Translations under genes and position numbers: made by a program | DNA from: a virus | Reading direction: 5' to 3' (one strand) | Length of the DNA stretch: 64,000 nucleotides | IMG/VR virus record: IMGVR_UViG_3300028584_001238 | Shown: positions 38,392-47,910 of the stretch, piece after piece | How the letters are laid out: each line of letters starts with the position of its first letter | How positions within the stretch are numbered: position 1 is the first letter of the stretch | The notes under the pieces: generated by a model | Databases searched by the model: none | The model's input: the letters and a program-made list of their open reading frames with translations, nothing else | Told to the model about the DNA's origin: nothing

Positions 38392-39390
38392 TTAATGAGC
38401 GTGATGGTTATCGTCAACTTTATCAGATTTTTCTGCTACTTCCTTTTTATGCACTTCGGGCTGCAAGGTGATATGGTTAATCTGAAACTTTTCAGACAAC
38501 ATCAATTGAATATCAGCTAACACTGTTTCCCATTCATTCATGCTAGAAATTTCAACGTGTGCAGACAATGAAATGTGTTCCGAAGTCATAGACCAAATAT
38601 GGAGGTCATGTACAGAGATAACATTAGGAATTTCATTCAAATTCTTACCGACTTCGACATAATCAATATGTTCTGGAACACCTTCTAAGATAATTCTGGC
38701 TGTTTGTTTCAATAAATTGTAAGTAGGTACAACCAAGATAAGAGCAACCACAATAGAAATAATCGGATCAAAGACGGTCATGCCAGTGAAATAAATAATC
38801 ACACCTGCTGCAATAGCGGCCACGCTACCCAGTAAATCACCAAGCACATGGAGAAATGCACCTCGGGTGTTTAACGAATGGCTGTGTGAGTGCAATAACC
38901 ATGCTGCAAAGATATTAATAGCCAATCCGATGGAAGCAATCCAAATAATTGTAGTTGATTCAACGGGCCTTGGATTAATAATACGCTCAATACCTTCATA
39001 GACCAAGAAGACAATCACCGCAATCATGAACAAACCGTTCAGTAATGCACCAATAATCTCCCAACGGCCATGTCCATAGGAATATCTATCATCGGCGGGC
39101 TTTTGGGCAAGAATTGCCATAATTAAAGCCAACATCAATGAAGATGAGTCGGTTAACATATGGAATGCATCAGAAATCAAAGCCAATGAGCCAGAAAACC
39201 AACCACCAATCATTTCAACAATAGCAAAAGCAAAGGTAATTCCCATAATAATGGCAAGCTTTTTGCGGCCACTGGATTTTTGTTTATTGATTTCATGAAT
39301 GTGAAGACTAGGACAATGATCATGATTTGCCACGTTAACCGTGTCATGAGCATGTTCGTCGTGAGAGTGATGAGAATGGAAGCTATGCAT
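38392..39390 (-). CDS. zitB: cation diffusion facilitator Zn/Co/Cd exporter (ZitB/CzcD-like)
   Basis: SLALISDAFHMLTD, YSYGHGRWEI..AL.NG, AFLHVLGDLLGS, VHDLHIWSMT, HITLQPE; His-rich N-terminus. Confidence 0.9.
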   Translation of the reverse strand: MHSFHSHHSHDEHAHDTVNVANHDHCPSLHIHEINKQKSSGRKKLAIIMGITFAFAIVEMIGGWFSGSLALISDAFHMLTDSSSLMLALIMAILAQKPADDRYSYGHGRWEIIGALLNGLFMIAVIVFLVYEGIERIINPRPVESTTIIWIASIGLAINIFAAWLLHSHSHSLNTRGAFLHVLGDLLGSVAAIAAGVIIYFTGMTVFDPIISIVVALILVVPTYNLLKQTARIILEGVPEHIDYVEVGKNLNEIPNVISVHDLHIWSMTSEHISLSAHVEISSMNEWETVLADIQLMLSEKFQINHITLQPEVHKKEVAEKSDKVDDNHHAH

Positions 39391-39563
39391 AATTTAGGTA
39401 CCTTAATGATATTAGAATTATACACTATTTATTGATATAGTTCAAAGGAAATTTAAGTTAATATAATATAACATCATGGTATGTGTCTAAAACGGGTTTA
39501 TGTAATAGATGAAAAAAAGGACATCCGTAGACATCCTATTTTTGTTCGTGAAATGAATGATTA

Positions 39564-40118
39564 TTAAGTGTAACGATACTTAACGTAAGTTTCGACATTC
39601 ATGATTTTACTATCATGCATAAGGAAGTTAACAAAGCCTTCATAAACGAACTCGTCCAAGTCATCTTTACCAGTAGGCGAATGTTCATTCAACAGTTGAC
39701 GAAACTTTTCCATGATTTCTTTGGCTTTTGCTGTATCATGAATTTCAACAGTTGTCATACCACCTACACCTGTGTTAGCAATAGCAAAGACAGGTTTTTT
39801 GTTAAGCCCAACTACGGTATTGAAAGCAACGCCACGATGGGTTTCATGTTCATCGTTCTTCAAAATGACACAATCAGCAAAATCGCCTTTGATGTCAGCC
39901 GCTGTGGCTGGACGAAGATATTTCATGAAGTGTGCAGTGGCTTCTTTCTTGTAAGAAACCGTTTTACTAGTAACCTCATCGAAGCGTGCCATAATCGGAT
40001 TAGCACCACCTTTATGCACAAAGACAATATGACCAGCCTTGATAGCCGAACCAGCGATGTCAGTGGTCACCACGAAAAGGTCATCTTTTTTAAGCTTCAT
40101 AACAGGGGGCATTTTCAT
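39564..40118 (-). CDS. hypothetical protein
   Basis: 184-aa ORF. Confidence 0.7.
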   Translation of the reverse strand: MKMPPVMKLKKDDLFVVTTDIAGSAIKAGHIVFVHKGGANPIMARFDEVTSKTVSYKKEATAHFMKYLRPATAADIKGDFADCVILKNDEHETHRGVAFNTVVGLNKKPVFAIANTGVGGMTTVEIHDTAKAKEIMEKFRQLLNEHSPTGKDDLDEFVYEGFVNFLMHDSKIMNVETYVKYRYT

Positions 40119-40305
40119 TATCCTTCATAATTTAAGATGACTCATTATAATGCTTTTATGAAAGGCTCGCAAGCGTTATTTAAAGAGAATACTCAATGAA
40201 GACTATGCGGATATTCTTATCATAGGTGAAATCTAACTTATTGCCTATTGATAATGCTTGATTATCTTTAGTTAATTGTGATAAACTGACGATTAATATT
40301 AAAAG

Positions 40306-40827
40306 GTGTTATCTATGGCAAATGCTCCCGTTATTTCAAATTTCCTGACCGCCAATAAAACTGGATTGGTGGATATTCTTGAGGCATTGGCGAAAGAAAT
40401 AATTACACCTGATCACAAATATAAAGAAATAAGAAAACTTGATATTAAGACAGGCTTTTCATTTAATGGTTTAACTGAGTTATGTGTTGCATCATTTTCT
40501 GACGAACTTGAATTTAAAGCACTTAAATTTTATTTTCACAATAAACATTTTACACATAAACTAACTATCTTGTTTGATAAAGAACTAAATTTTGTGAAAA
40601 CATTATTTGGTTGCAGTAAAACAGGTGGACGCATTCAAGAGGCTGACAAGCACCAATTTGGAGCCATTCTAGAAGAGGACTTACTAAAAGTACTGATGGC
40701 AATCCATACTGGACATAAAGACATAATGGAAGAACTATTACCAGAACTACACATCATGGGAGTCTATGACTTTGCCAGTGAATCTTTTAAACAACGAGTG
40801 TCCCTCGCTAATATGGTATTAATCTAA
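40306..40827 (+). CDS. family B paralogue
   Basis: Ends ELLPELHIMGVYDFASESFKQRVSLANMVLI. Confidence 0.8.
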   Translation: MLSMANAPVISNFLTANKTGLVDILEALAKEIITPDHKYKEIRKLDIKTGFSFNGLTELCVASFSDELEFKALKFYFHNKHFTHKLTILFDKELNFVKTLFGCSKTGGRIQEADKHQFGAILEEDLLKVLMAIHTGHKDIMEELLPELHIMGVYDFASESFKQRVSLANMVLI

Positions 40828-41339
40828 TGTACGAAAAATTTACACTCACTGATTTTGAAGATAAAAATAAATGGGGTCTTCCCGGTTATTTTGAAGTCCT
40901 GTGTAATCAGGATGCTAATGGTATGCCTTTAAAAGAAACATTGAATTTTAACACAATTAAGTTAAAGCTGTCTTTTGAAGGGATGTCTAAGGACTGTGAT
41001 GCTCTTTTTGATGATGGAAAATTTAAAAGTCTAAGGTTTTCCTTTTATAATAAATTCAATGGTGATATGTTATGGATTTTTTATGCGGATGTTAAAAAAG
41101 AAAATCATCTAGAACTGTCTAAGGTCATTTATCATTATGTAAGAGATGGAAATGGCTATATCAATCATTTTTATCCAAGTGTTGACAAGAATTTGTTAAA
41201 TATTTACATGCGGTCAAAACAACCAGAAGGACAAGACATGAGAGATCTGCTACCAGAACTGGATGTCATTGGGGTGTATGATTTCAACAGTGTTGATTTT
41301 AATCAAAGGTTAATGCTAGCCAACATGTTAGTGATATAA
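40827..41339 (+). CDS. family B paralogue
   Basis: Ends DLLPELDVIGVYDFNSVDFNQRLMLANMLVI. Confidence 0.8.
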   Translation: MYEKFTLTDFEDKNKWGLPGYFEVLCNQDANGMPLKETLNFNTIKLKLSFEGMSKDCDALFDDGKFKSLRFSFYNKFNGDMLWIFYADVKKENHLELSKVIYHYVRDGNGYINHFYPSVDKNLLNIYMRSKQPEGQDMRDLLPELDVIGVYDFNSVDFNQRLMLANMLVI

Positions 41340-41410
41340 TACATTGTTATAATCTATTGCAATAAGTGTTTATATTTGATACAATTGCAGTATTTAACGA
41401 GGACCGAAAA

Positions 41411-41857
41411 ATGAGTATAGACATGAAATCAAAAATACCGGAGTGGATGTTGGTAGACAATTCCGTCAAAAGCACTGTCTTCTGTCTGTCAATGGCAATG
41501 ATGGTGATTGGCTTCATGCTCCAATTCATTATCCGTATCAGCTTTGTGGCTGAGTCTGCTTTCTTTTTTCCACTCTACTTCCTTGCATCTATGGTGCTGT
41601 TTACATTGGGTTGCGTGGGTGCAGGTGTAATGACCTTAGTGTTCATTTGGAAGTCTATTAAGGCTGTCAGACATGGTGTATTCATCCCTTGGATTACCGA
41701 TTGCATTCAAGACCTCAATGAAAGACCAAAATTAAAACTTGATCAACACATCATTGATGAACAAAATCGTAAGAAACTTGAAGATGAAATGAATATTGCC
41801 ATCAATAAATTCAAAAAGTTTGAAGCGAAAATTCAAAAAGACACCACACAAAAATAA
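41411..41857 (+). CDS. two-TM membrane protein
   Basis: Start MSIDMK at 41411; hydrophobic helices. Confidence 0.6.
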   Translation: MSIDMKSKIPEWMLVDNSVKSTVFCLSMAMMVIGFMLQFIIRISFVAESAFFFPLYFLASMVLFTLGCVGAGVMTLVFIWKSIKAVRHGVFIPWITDCIQDLNERPKLKLDQHIIDEQNRKKLEDEMNIAINKFKKFEAKIQKDTTQK

Positions 41858-41935
41858 GTTCTTCCATTCAAAAGAAAACCCCTTCCTGCAGGTCGGGGTT
41901 ATTTCATCATCACAAGATCGCTCATTATATTACAT

Positions 41936-42547
41936 CTACTTCAAAGGTGGCATAATGAGTGAAAAATCTTTACTCGTATAAACTTTTTCTATAAATTTGT
42001 TACTTGCTTTGTCTTTTACAATATATTTATCTTTGTTAGCTAAATGACTTTTAAATTGATTAAGTGTATATGTGCTCCAAAGATATGTTAGAACCTTTTC
42101 GTATAATTCAGCACTAAACCTATATAAAATTGGAGCATACTCACGCAAAGAGCTTGAGTCTGTCGAAGCAACAACCTTAACATTATTTAAAATAGGATAA
42201 AAGTATAACTCTATACCATAATCTTTATTATAAGACAAAGAAAAATGATAAATACAATCTTCATATTCATACTTTAAAGCATAATGCTTAAACCTAACAC
42301 CAGAATTAACAGTAAAGCTAGTTGTCGTTAATTCAAATGTAGAAAGAAAATCTTGATACATATAACATTGCAAGTAAAACATAAGATAATAAGAAGGTTT
42401 CGAAGCAGAACCATTATAACTAAGATTTTTAAATAATGGTGACAGAAGATGCCAACTTTTTAGAGAGACGACAGCATATGACTCATCAGATTCACAAGCT
42501 ATTTTCATCTTTTTCAATATTTTTTTATCTGTTTCTAATTCAACCAT
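41936..42547 (-). CDS. hypothetical protein
   Basis: 203-aa ORF. Confidence 0.65.
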   Translation of the reverse strand: MVELETDKKILKKMKIACESDESYAVVSLKSWHLLSPLFKNLSYNGSASKPSYYLMFYLQCYMYQDFLSTFELTTTSFTVNSGVRFKHYALKYEYEDCIYHFSLSYNKDYGIELYFYPILNNVKVVASTDSSSLREYAPILYRFSAELYEKVLTYLWSTYTLNQFKSHLANKDKYIVKDKASNKFIEKVYTSKDFSLIMPPLK

Positions 42548-42741
42548 TTAATTTCTCCATTATCCAAAAACAATTGTTGATATTACAGCAAATCACAACC
42601 AATTAGGTATCATAACAAAATTGACAGATTAAAGCAAGTTTTTTAAGATACAGATGCATGCAAACAACTAATAAGCACATCTCAAATTGAAAAGAATAAA
42701 AAATATGTTATTGTTAGTTAAGATATTGAGGATTACTAACA

Positions 42742-43248
42742 ATGACAATTATTCTACGTGAAGAAGATATATCGCCAGATAATGATGGGATTTTATTCAT
42801 CAATGCGGCTTCCAAAGGAAAAACCAAATTAGGCAAAGCACTAAGCAACTTTGCACACTATCCATTTAATCATCCAAAACATGGTCACTTCGAATCAATG
42901 GAAGGCTACTGGGCATGGATTTGGACAGGTCAACAACATGATGAATTGCGTTTGCTGTATGGCTATGATGCTAAGACACGCGGAGATGAACTGGATAAGC
43001 TGAATCCAAGAACTACTGGACTGATAACAGAGGAAGTTGAAGACATCTTAGAAGGTTTGAGATGTAAGCTTAGACAAAACAAAGAACTTCTCGACTTATT
43101 GGTTCATTCTACTTTACCATTTATTCATTTTAACTGGTATGGCAAGAACGGTAAATACAAGATCTATCTAGCCACAGACTATCAATGGTTCTTAGATGAA
43201 ATCGAAAGAATAAGGCATGTTTGTCGAGAAAAATGGAATATAAAATAA
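42742..43248 (+). CDS. NADAR-like (phage gp30.3-type) protein
   Basis: LGKALSNFAHYPF..GHFESMEGYW..LYGYDAK.RG..KLRQN.ELL..L pattern. Confidence 0.6.
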   Translation: MTIILREEDISPDNDGILFINAASKGKTKLGKALSNFAHYPFNHPKHGHFESMEGYWAWIWTGQQHDELRLLYGYDAKTRGDELDKLNPRTTGLITEEVEDILEGLRCKLRQNKELLDLLVHSTLPFIHFNWYGKNGKYKIYLATDYQWFLDEIERIRHVCREKWNIK

Positions 43249-43307
43249 ACACAAATAAAAACCCAGCAATAGCCGGGTTTTTTATTTCCTATAATTATAA
43301 GATTGAA

Positions 43308-43643
43308 TTAGTCATCAATATTGAGAACCAAAAGACCTTGTTCTTTCACCCATTCTACCGCCTGTTCTAATGTTGTATAAGGTTTGAATTGTGGAGAACG
43401 AACAGTGAAACCACTTACCGATGAAACAATCCGCCAACCATCAGTAGCGTCATAGCTCAAATCAACTTCATCTTGATTATGAGCAGTAACGGCCATTGCC
43501 CAACCAAGAAAAACAGTATTAATATTGGCATCAGCAAAACCATCATCTTCCCAAGTGTAATCACAAACGACAGGCGAGATTTTTTTGTGATGACGTTCAA
43601 AGCGTTTACGTTGCTGGTCGAAACTGAGTGCAAGATTCATCAT
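43308..43643 (-). CDS. hypothetical protein
   Basis: 111-aa ORF. Confidence 0.65.
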   Translation of the reverse strand: MMNLALSFDQQRKRFERHHKKISPVVCDYTWEDDGFADANINTVFLGWAMAVTAHNQDEVDLSYDATDGWRIVSSVSGFTVRSPQFKPYTTLEQAVEWVKEQGLLVLNIDD

Positions 43644-43757
43644 TGTTAAGTGCTCATTGTCTGTTTAAGTGACTGCATTATAGCATAAATAAAAATAAAA
43701 GACCATGCAATTAACAAAAAAGAACCTCGAAAGGTTCTTTGAATGTAATCATTTAAA

Positions 43758-44294
43758 TTAAGGTGCTTCTGAATATAATTGAGCATGACTTTTATTAACC
43801 AATGTAAATGGTGTGCCACTAGCACAAACAGTACCTTCTTGCATATCATAAACAAGCGGTGTAACAACAACGTTAATAGTTTGACCTGTTTTAACTACCC
43901 ATGCTTGAGGTGTTCCAGCATAAAGACCACCATTTGCAGCATAGTCAACACCAGTAACATAAGTAGTTAACATTTTAACAAAACGTTGACCAGAAGTCAC
44001 TTCTGCATAAGTTGCATAACCACCAGCCCCTGTTATTTGTACACTGTATGTAACGTTAGCACCATTTTTTTGAATAGATGGAAAACCACTAGCAAATGTT
44101 GGCATTGGGAGATTTGTTGGACAAGCATCAACAGGATCTACTGGTTCTACTGGTGTTTCTTCACCGGGATTGGATACTGATCCGAAAGAAATTGAGCTAG
44201 GGTCAGAAAATTTAACATTCATTCTATATTCAGCAAAAGATGATATAGGTAAGAAGCCAATAAGAGCAAATAAAAAGAGTTGTTTAGTGTCCAT
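43758..44294 (-). CDS. secreted protein, family D (divergent)
   Basis: Signal peptide then AEYRMNV..SISF, Pro-rich linker. Confidence 0.6.
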   Translation of the reverse strand: MDTKQLFLFALIGFLPISSFAEYRMNVKFSDPSSISFGSVSNPGEETPVEPVDPVDACPTNLPMPTFASGFPSIQKNGANVTYSVQITGAGGYATYAEVTSGQRFVKMLTTYVTGVDYAANGGLYAGTPQAWVVKTGQTINVVVTPLVYDMQEGTVCASGTPFTLVNKSHAQLYSEAP

Positions 44295-44413
44295 AATAGG
44301 TTACGGTAGTTGTTATATTAACATTATAATACACTTCTATTGCATATCAATTAGTGTTAATGACAAAAGAAAAAAGACCAGATGGTCTTTTTATTTATAT
44401 ATCTTTATTGTTA

Positions 44414-44674
44414 TTATTTTACAAAATAGTGATGTACAAGTGTCAATGTCTTATCATTTATCTCTTTTACCATAAGGTTTCTGGCAACTTGACCAGCTCC
44501 TTCCTGAATATCTAATTTATCAATATTTTGTCCAACTGATAATCCTGCCAACTGTTCTGCATTATCGGTCTGTAGAACATATCCATTACCACGATTATCA
44601 TACATATTAAAATTTACTAAATTAAACACATGCATCTTACCATCTGCTTCAATTTTAAACACACTCATATACAT
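44414..44674 (-). CDS. hypothetical protein
   Basis: 86-aa ORF with AAGGAG RBS. Confidence 0.6.
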   Translation of the reverse strand: MYMSVFKIEADGKMHVFNLVNFNMYDNRGNGYVLQTDNAEQLAGLSVGQNIDKLDIQEGAGQVARNLMVKEINDKTLTLVHHYFVK

Positions 44675-44687
44675 CTCCTTAAAAAAA

Positions 44688-45032
44688 TTATTCCATTGGG
44701 CCTAATTCTGTAACGGCTACAAACATAACTGAACCTAATATAACCTCATCCTTTTCTATTAATCCAACTTTAATAGCTATCTCAGTGGCAAACTTATTGA
44801 CTCGCAAGCCTTTCGAATCAGCTTCATTATCAATCAGAAGTAATGAATACGCTTCACCTTGATAATTAATAACTGCTTCTGGGTCTTCAAAAAATAATGC
44901 CCCAATATTCGATGTTTCTAAAATACTTTGCATGAACATTTGATTAGGTCTGCCAAGTTCATCATAAAACTCTGGTTGTTCTACTGCATTAGCACTATTC
45001 GCTGTGCCGTCTTCAAAAATGACTAAAGCCAT
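44688..45032 (-). CDS. DUF3846-like protein, paralogue 1
   Basis: LIDNEA..K.L.VN.FAT.IA...ILG.V. Confidence 0.6.
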   Translation of the reverse strand: MALVIFEDGTANSANAVEQPEFYDELGRPNQMFMQSILETSNIGALFFEDPEAVINYQGEAYSLLLIDNEADSKGLRVNKFATEIAIKVGLIEKDEVILGSVMFVAVTELGPME

Positions 45033-45105
45033 TGCTCAACTCCATGTTGTTACTTAAATAATAACATAACATAACATAATGGAAATTCAATAAATGTCAG
45101 TCAAA

Positions 45106-45468
45106 TTATAAAGGTAATGGAATTCCCAGCTCATCAATCTCTAAACAGATAACGGTGCCTTTAATATCAGTGTTAGGCGGAATCATACCCACTTGCAAGG
45201 CTACATCGGTCATGAACTGATTAACAGGTAGGAACTTGAAGTCAGCTTCATTGTCAAAAAGAAACATCGTGTAATGGCCTTCCATTTCACCTTCACCAAT
45301 AGTCAACACGGTTTCAGGGTCATCTATAAAAATTGTGTTGATGTCTTCTGCTTCAAGCGTTGCTTGAAGGAATACAAGATTTAATCTGCCATCGTCTTCA
45401 AAATATTCTGGGTTAATACTCTTTTTGATGAATGAAGCTTCACCGTTGCTGTATAAAATCAAAGCCAT
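45106..45468 (-). CDS. DUF3846-like protein, paralogue 2
   Basis: LFDNEADFKFLPVNQFMT..I.G.V; same MAL start. Confidence 0.6.
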   Translation of the reverse strand: MALILYSNGEASFIKKSINPEYFEDDGRLNLVFLQATLEAEDINTIFIDDPETVLTIGEGEMEGHYTMFLFDNEADFKFLPVNQFMTDVALQVGMIPPNTDIKGTVICLEIDELGIPLPL

Positions 45469-45660
45469 AAAAAATCCTCATTTGAAATGAATAAATTATC
45501 ATAAAATTTAAGTTTTTCAACCACCAGAAATAAAAAACAAGTATAAAGTATAGGCCAATAGCTTTTATACAATTTTCATTAATATGTTTACGAATTTATC
45601 GTGCAAAAGGAGCGTACACACTGTATAATAGCGATACATTTAATCTCAATGGAAAATACC

Positions 45661-46200
45661 ATGACTCAAAACACCTACAAGCATTTGATTGATAAAAGTC
45701 TTAAAATCTACTTGAACCTTCGCTCAGTCAATGAACGATTAAAAAATATTGCTACAAAAAAAGAACTAGAAGAAAATCTGATTGGCTTTATCAATTCAAA
45801 AAGTGACCATAACTTAATGTTCTCAAAAGAAATATCAAGAATGTTTGTTTCAAACCTTGATATTGGAATTGGTTCGCTCAACGCTCATTCATTCAAACTT
45901 AATTACAATCTGGTTGAACAGGATCTCGAGTCTCTGCACAAAGACACATCAGAACTGGCTGATTCATTAGGTTATTTCGAGCATAAATGGTATCAAAAAC
46001 TCAAAACAAATGATCCATTTATTCGCGGTCAAATAGAAAAAGATTTGTTAAGTAACAGCGTCCTAGTAATGACAGTAAACGAATCCTTGCTAAAAACTCA
46101 TGCTATGTTGACTGTTGAAATGAATTCCCATGAACTCACGATTGAAGATGTTCAAAAAATGCAAGAAAACATCTCTATCAATAAGAAAATTGGAGTGTGA
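45661..46200 (+). CDS. hypothetical coiled-coil protein
   Basis: Likely start MTQNTY at 45661. Confidence 0.6.
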   Translation: MTQNTYKHLIDKSLKIYLNLRSVNERLKNIATKKELEENLIGFINSKSDHNLMFSKEISRMFVSNLDIGIGSLNAHSFKLNYNLVEQDLESLHKDTSELADSLGYFEHKWYQKLKTNDPFIRGQIEKDLLSNSVLVMTVNESLLKTHAMLTVEMNSHELTIEDVQKMQENISINKKIGV

Positions 46201-46203
46201 AAT

Positions 46204-46806
46204 ATGAGAACTCTTAAAATTAAACCTATCAAGAATGAAAAAGGTCGCATTGTTGAATATGAGATCTTTGAAAATGAAGAATACATGAATACAGCTTACA
46301 ATTTGAAGAAATTAATTAAATCGATCAAGGATGGCATGTTTAATGACTTGACAGTAGAAGAAGCTGAAGGAACCTATACCGTTATTTTTTACGGAACAAT
46401 TGTTGAAGGCATCACTGATAGAATGACCTATATCTCTGATGAGTTTGCCAGTAGGAAGGCGGCGTTTGATTACATTGAGACAAACAATGAACCGTATAAA
46501 AATCATCCTGACTATGCACAGGCTTACAAAGGTTTGATGGAGCCTGAATTTATCATTGAGATTGAAGGTGGTGAAACCATTTACACCAAAAAAGAAAAAG
46601 TAAAAGAAAATCTGAACTCCGAGACAGAAGTTGAAGATTACGAAGAATATCAAATGATTGAATACAGAGATGGTTTTTTTATGAAAGAAGAAGACGGAAC
46701 ATACTCAGTAATGATGTATGTTGTGGAAGATGTTTATTCTTTTGGTGAAAAAAGCCCCGCTGATGCACGAGCAACAATTGATCAATTAATGATTACGGGT
46801 GTTTAA
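46204..46806 (+). CDS. acidic hypothetical protein
   Basis: 200 aa; internal repeat E.GTY(T/S)V..Y. Confidence 0.65.
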   Translation: MRTLKIKPIKNEKGRIVEYEIFENEEYMNTAYNLKKLIKSIKDGMFNDLTVEEAEGTYTVIFYGTIVEGITDRMTYISDEFASRKAAFDYIETNNEPYKNHPDYAQAYKGLMEPEFIIEIEGGETIYTKKEKVKENLNSETEVEDYEEYQMIEYRDGFFMKEEDGTYSVMMYVVEDVYSFGEKSPADARATIDQLMITGV

Positions 46807-46867
46807 AAACAAAGAAAAGAAAAACCGCCTCACGGCGGTTTCTTTTTGTCTTCAATAATTACATTGA

Positions 46868-47191
46868 TTAATCTGGCGTTGCACTCCAAACGAAGTCACA
46901 AGAATATTGTTTCACAACTTGACCATCTTTAACACGGCAACGAACTACTTCATTCATTTCACACGCAATGATGTCACAATGAATGCTAGCAACACCTTCT
47001 GGTGACAACGACCCCATCACTTGAGTGATTGCATCTTCAGTTTGACCATCTTGAATATCAAAAAGAGTGACTTTACCACAAGGCTCTACCGAAATAAAAT
47101 CTTGTAGCCAGTCAAACTCTTTAAACGAATCTGTCAGTTCGGAAACGAATTCAGGTTTGATGGTGAAGGCGTATTTCAAGAAGCTGACCAT
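46868..47191 (-). CDS. hypothetical protein
   Basis: Likely start MVSFLK at 47191. Confidence 0.6.
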   Translation of the reverse strand: MVSFLKYAFTIKPEFVSELTDSFKEFDWLQDFISVEPCGKVTLFDIQDGQTEDAITQVMGSLSPEGVASIHCDIIACEMNEVVRCRVKDGQVVKQYSCDFVWSATPD

Positions 47192-47361
47192 AATATTTTT
47201 CTCCGATTTGTTGAGTGTTTGTATTATACCAAAAAATAAGGAAAAGTTCAATGTTTTTGCCTCTAACATAGGAAATAGAGCCACCTAAATGCGAATGGTT
47301 GCTATTGACTTTTGTTTTTTCTATGCTAATATTAGTTAGACCAATAATTAGGAGGACGTTT

Positions 47362-47667
47362 ATGAATAAATCACTCATCGCTATTATGGGAGCAGCATTA
47401 CTTACATCATCAGTTGCTTTCGCTGGAACAAACAACACTGAAAACAACTGGTTTGACGGATTTATAGGTAAGTATTATCAAGATTTAAATCTAACTGATT
47501 CACAAAAAACTCAGTTAAGAGATATACACCAGAAACATCGTCTTGCAGAAGATAAAGAAATCCAAGGCGTTTTAAACGCTGAACAGAATAAAAAGTGGGA
47601 AGAATTAAAGGCTAGTAGAAAAGAATCATACCTAAGAGATAACGTGGATGATCTGAAAAAAGAGTAA
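47362..47667 (+). CDS. secreted Spy/CpxP-like LTXXQ-motif protein
   Basis: AGGAGG RBS; signal peptide; LNLTDSQKTQL and VLNAEQ..KW motifs. Confidence 0.65.
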   Translation: MNKSLIAIMGAALLTSSVAFAGTNNTENNWFDGFIGKYYQDLNLTDSQKTQLRDIHQKHRLAEDKEIQGVLNAEQNKKWEELKASRKESYLRDNVDDLKKE

Positions 47668-47706
47668 GTTAAATAAATAAGGTAGCCTAGGCTACCTTTT
47701 TTAATG

Positions 47707-47853
47707 TTAACGAGAATATTCTTGATTTTTCTCTCTGTTACAAACTGTGCATTTATAAACTGACATAACAACACTCCCATCAAGTCCACCGCCCACAATG
47801 GTATCTTTAAAATAAACAAAGTTGCAGTTCAAACCAAACAGACATTTCAACAT
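47707..47853 (-). CDS. 48-aa Cys-rich (Zn-ribbon-like) protein, not in ORF track
   Basis: Hand translation MLKCLFGLNCNF...YKCTVCNREKNQEYSR; GAGG RBS. Confidence 0.55.
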   Translation of the reverse strand: MLKCLFGLNCNFVYFKDTIVGGGLDGSVVMSVYKCTVCNREKNQEYSR

Positions 47854-47910
47854 GATATTAATCCTCTGTGTGTGGCCTTATTATATCACAAAAGTGCGAA
47901 CATTTTCAAA

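Noticed and set aside
20899-47700. Near-identical short hairpins reused at distant sites (aaggtagcc/ggctacctt; agacct/aggtct)
   Set aside because: Explained as intrinsic terminators, not mobile-element ends; no transposase present
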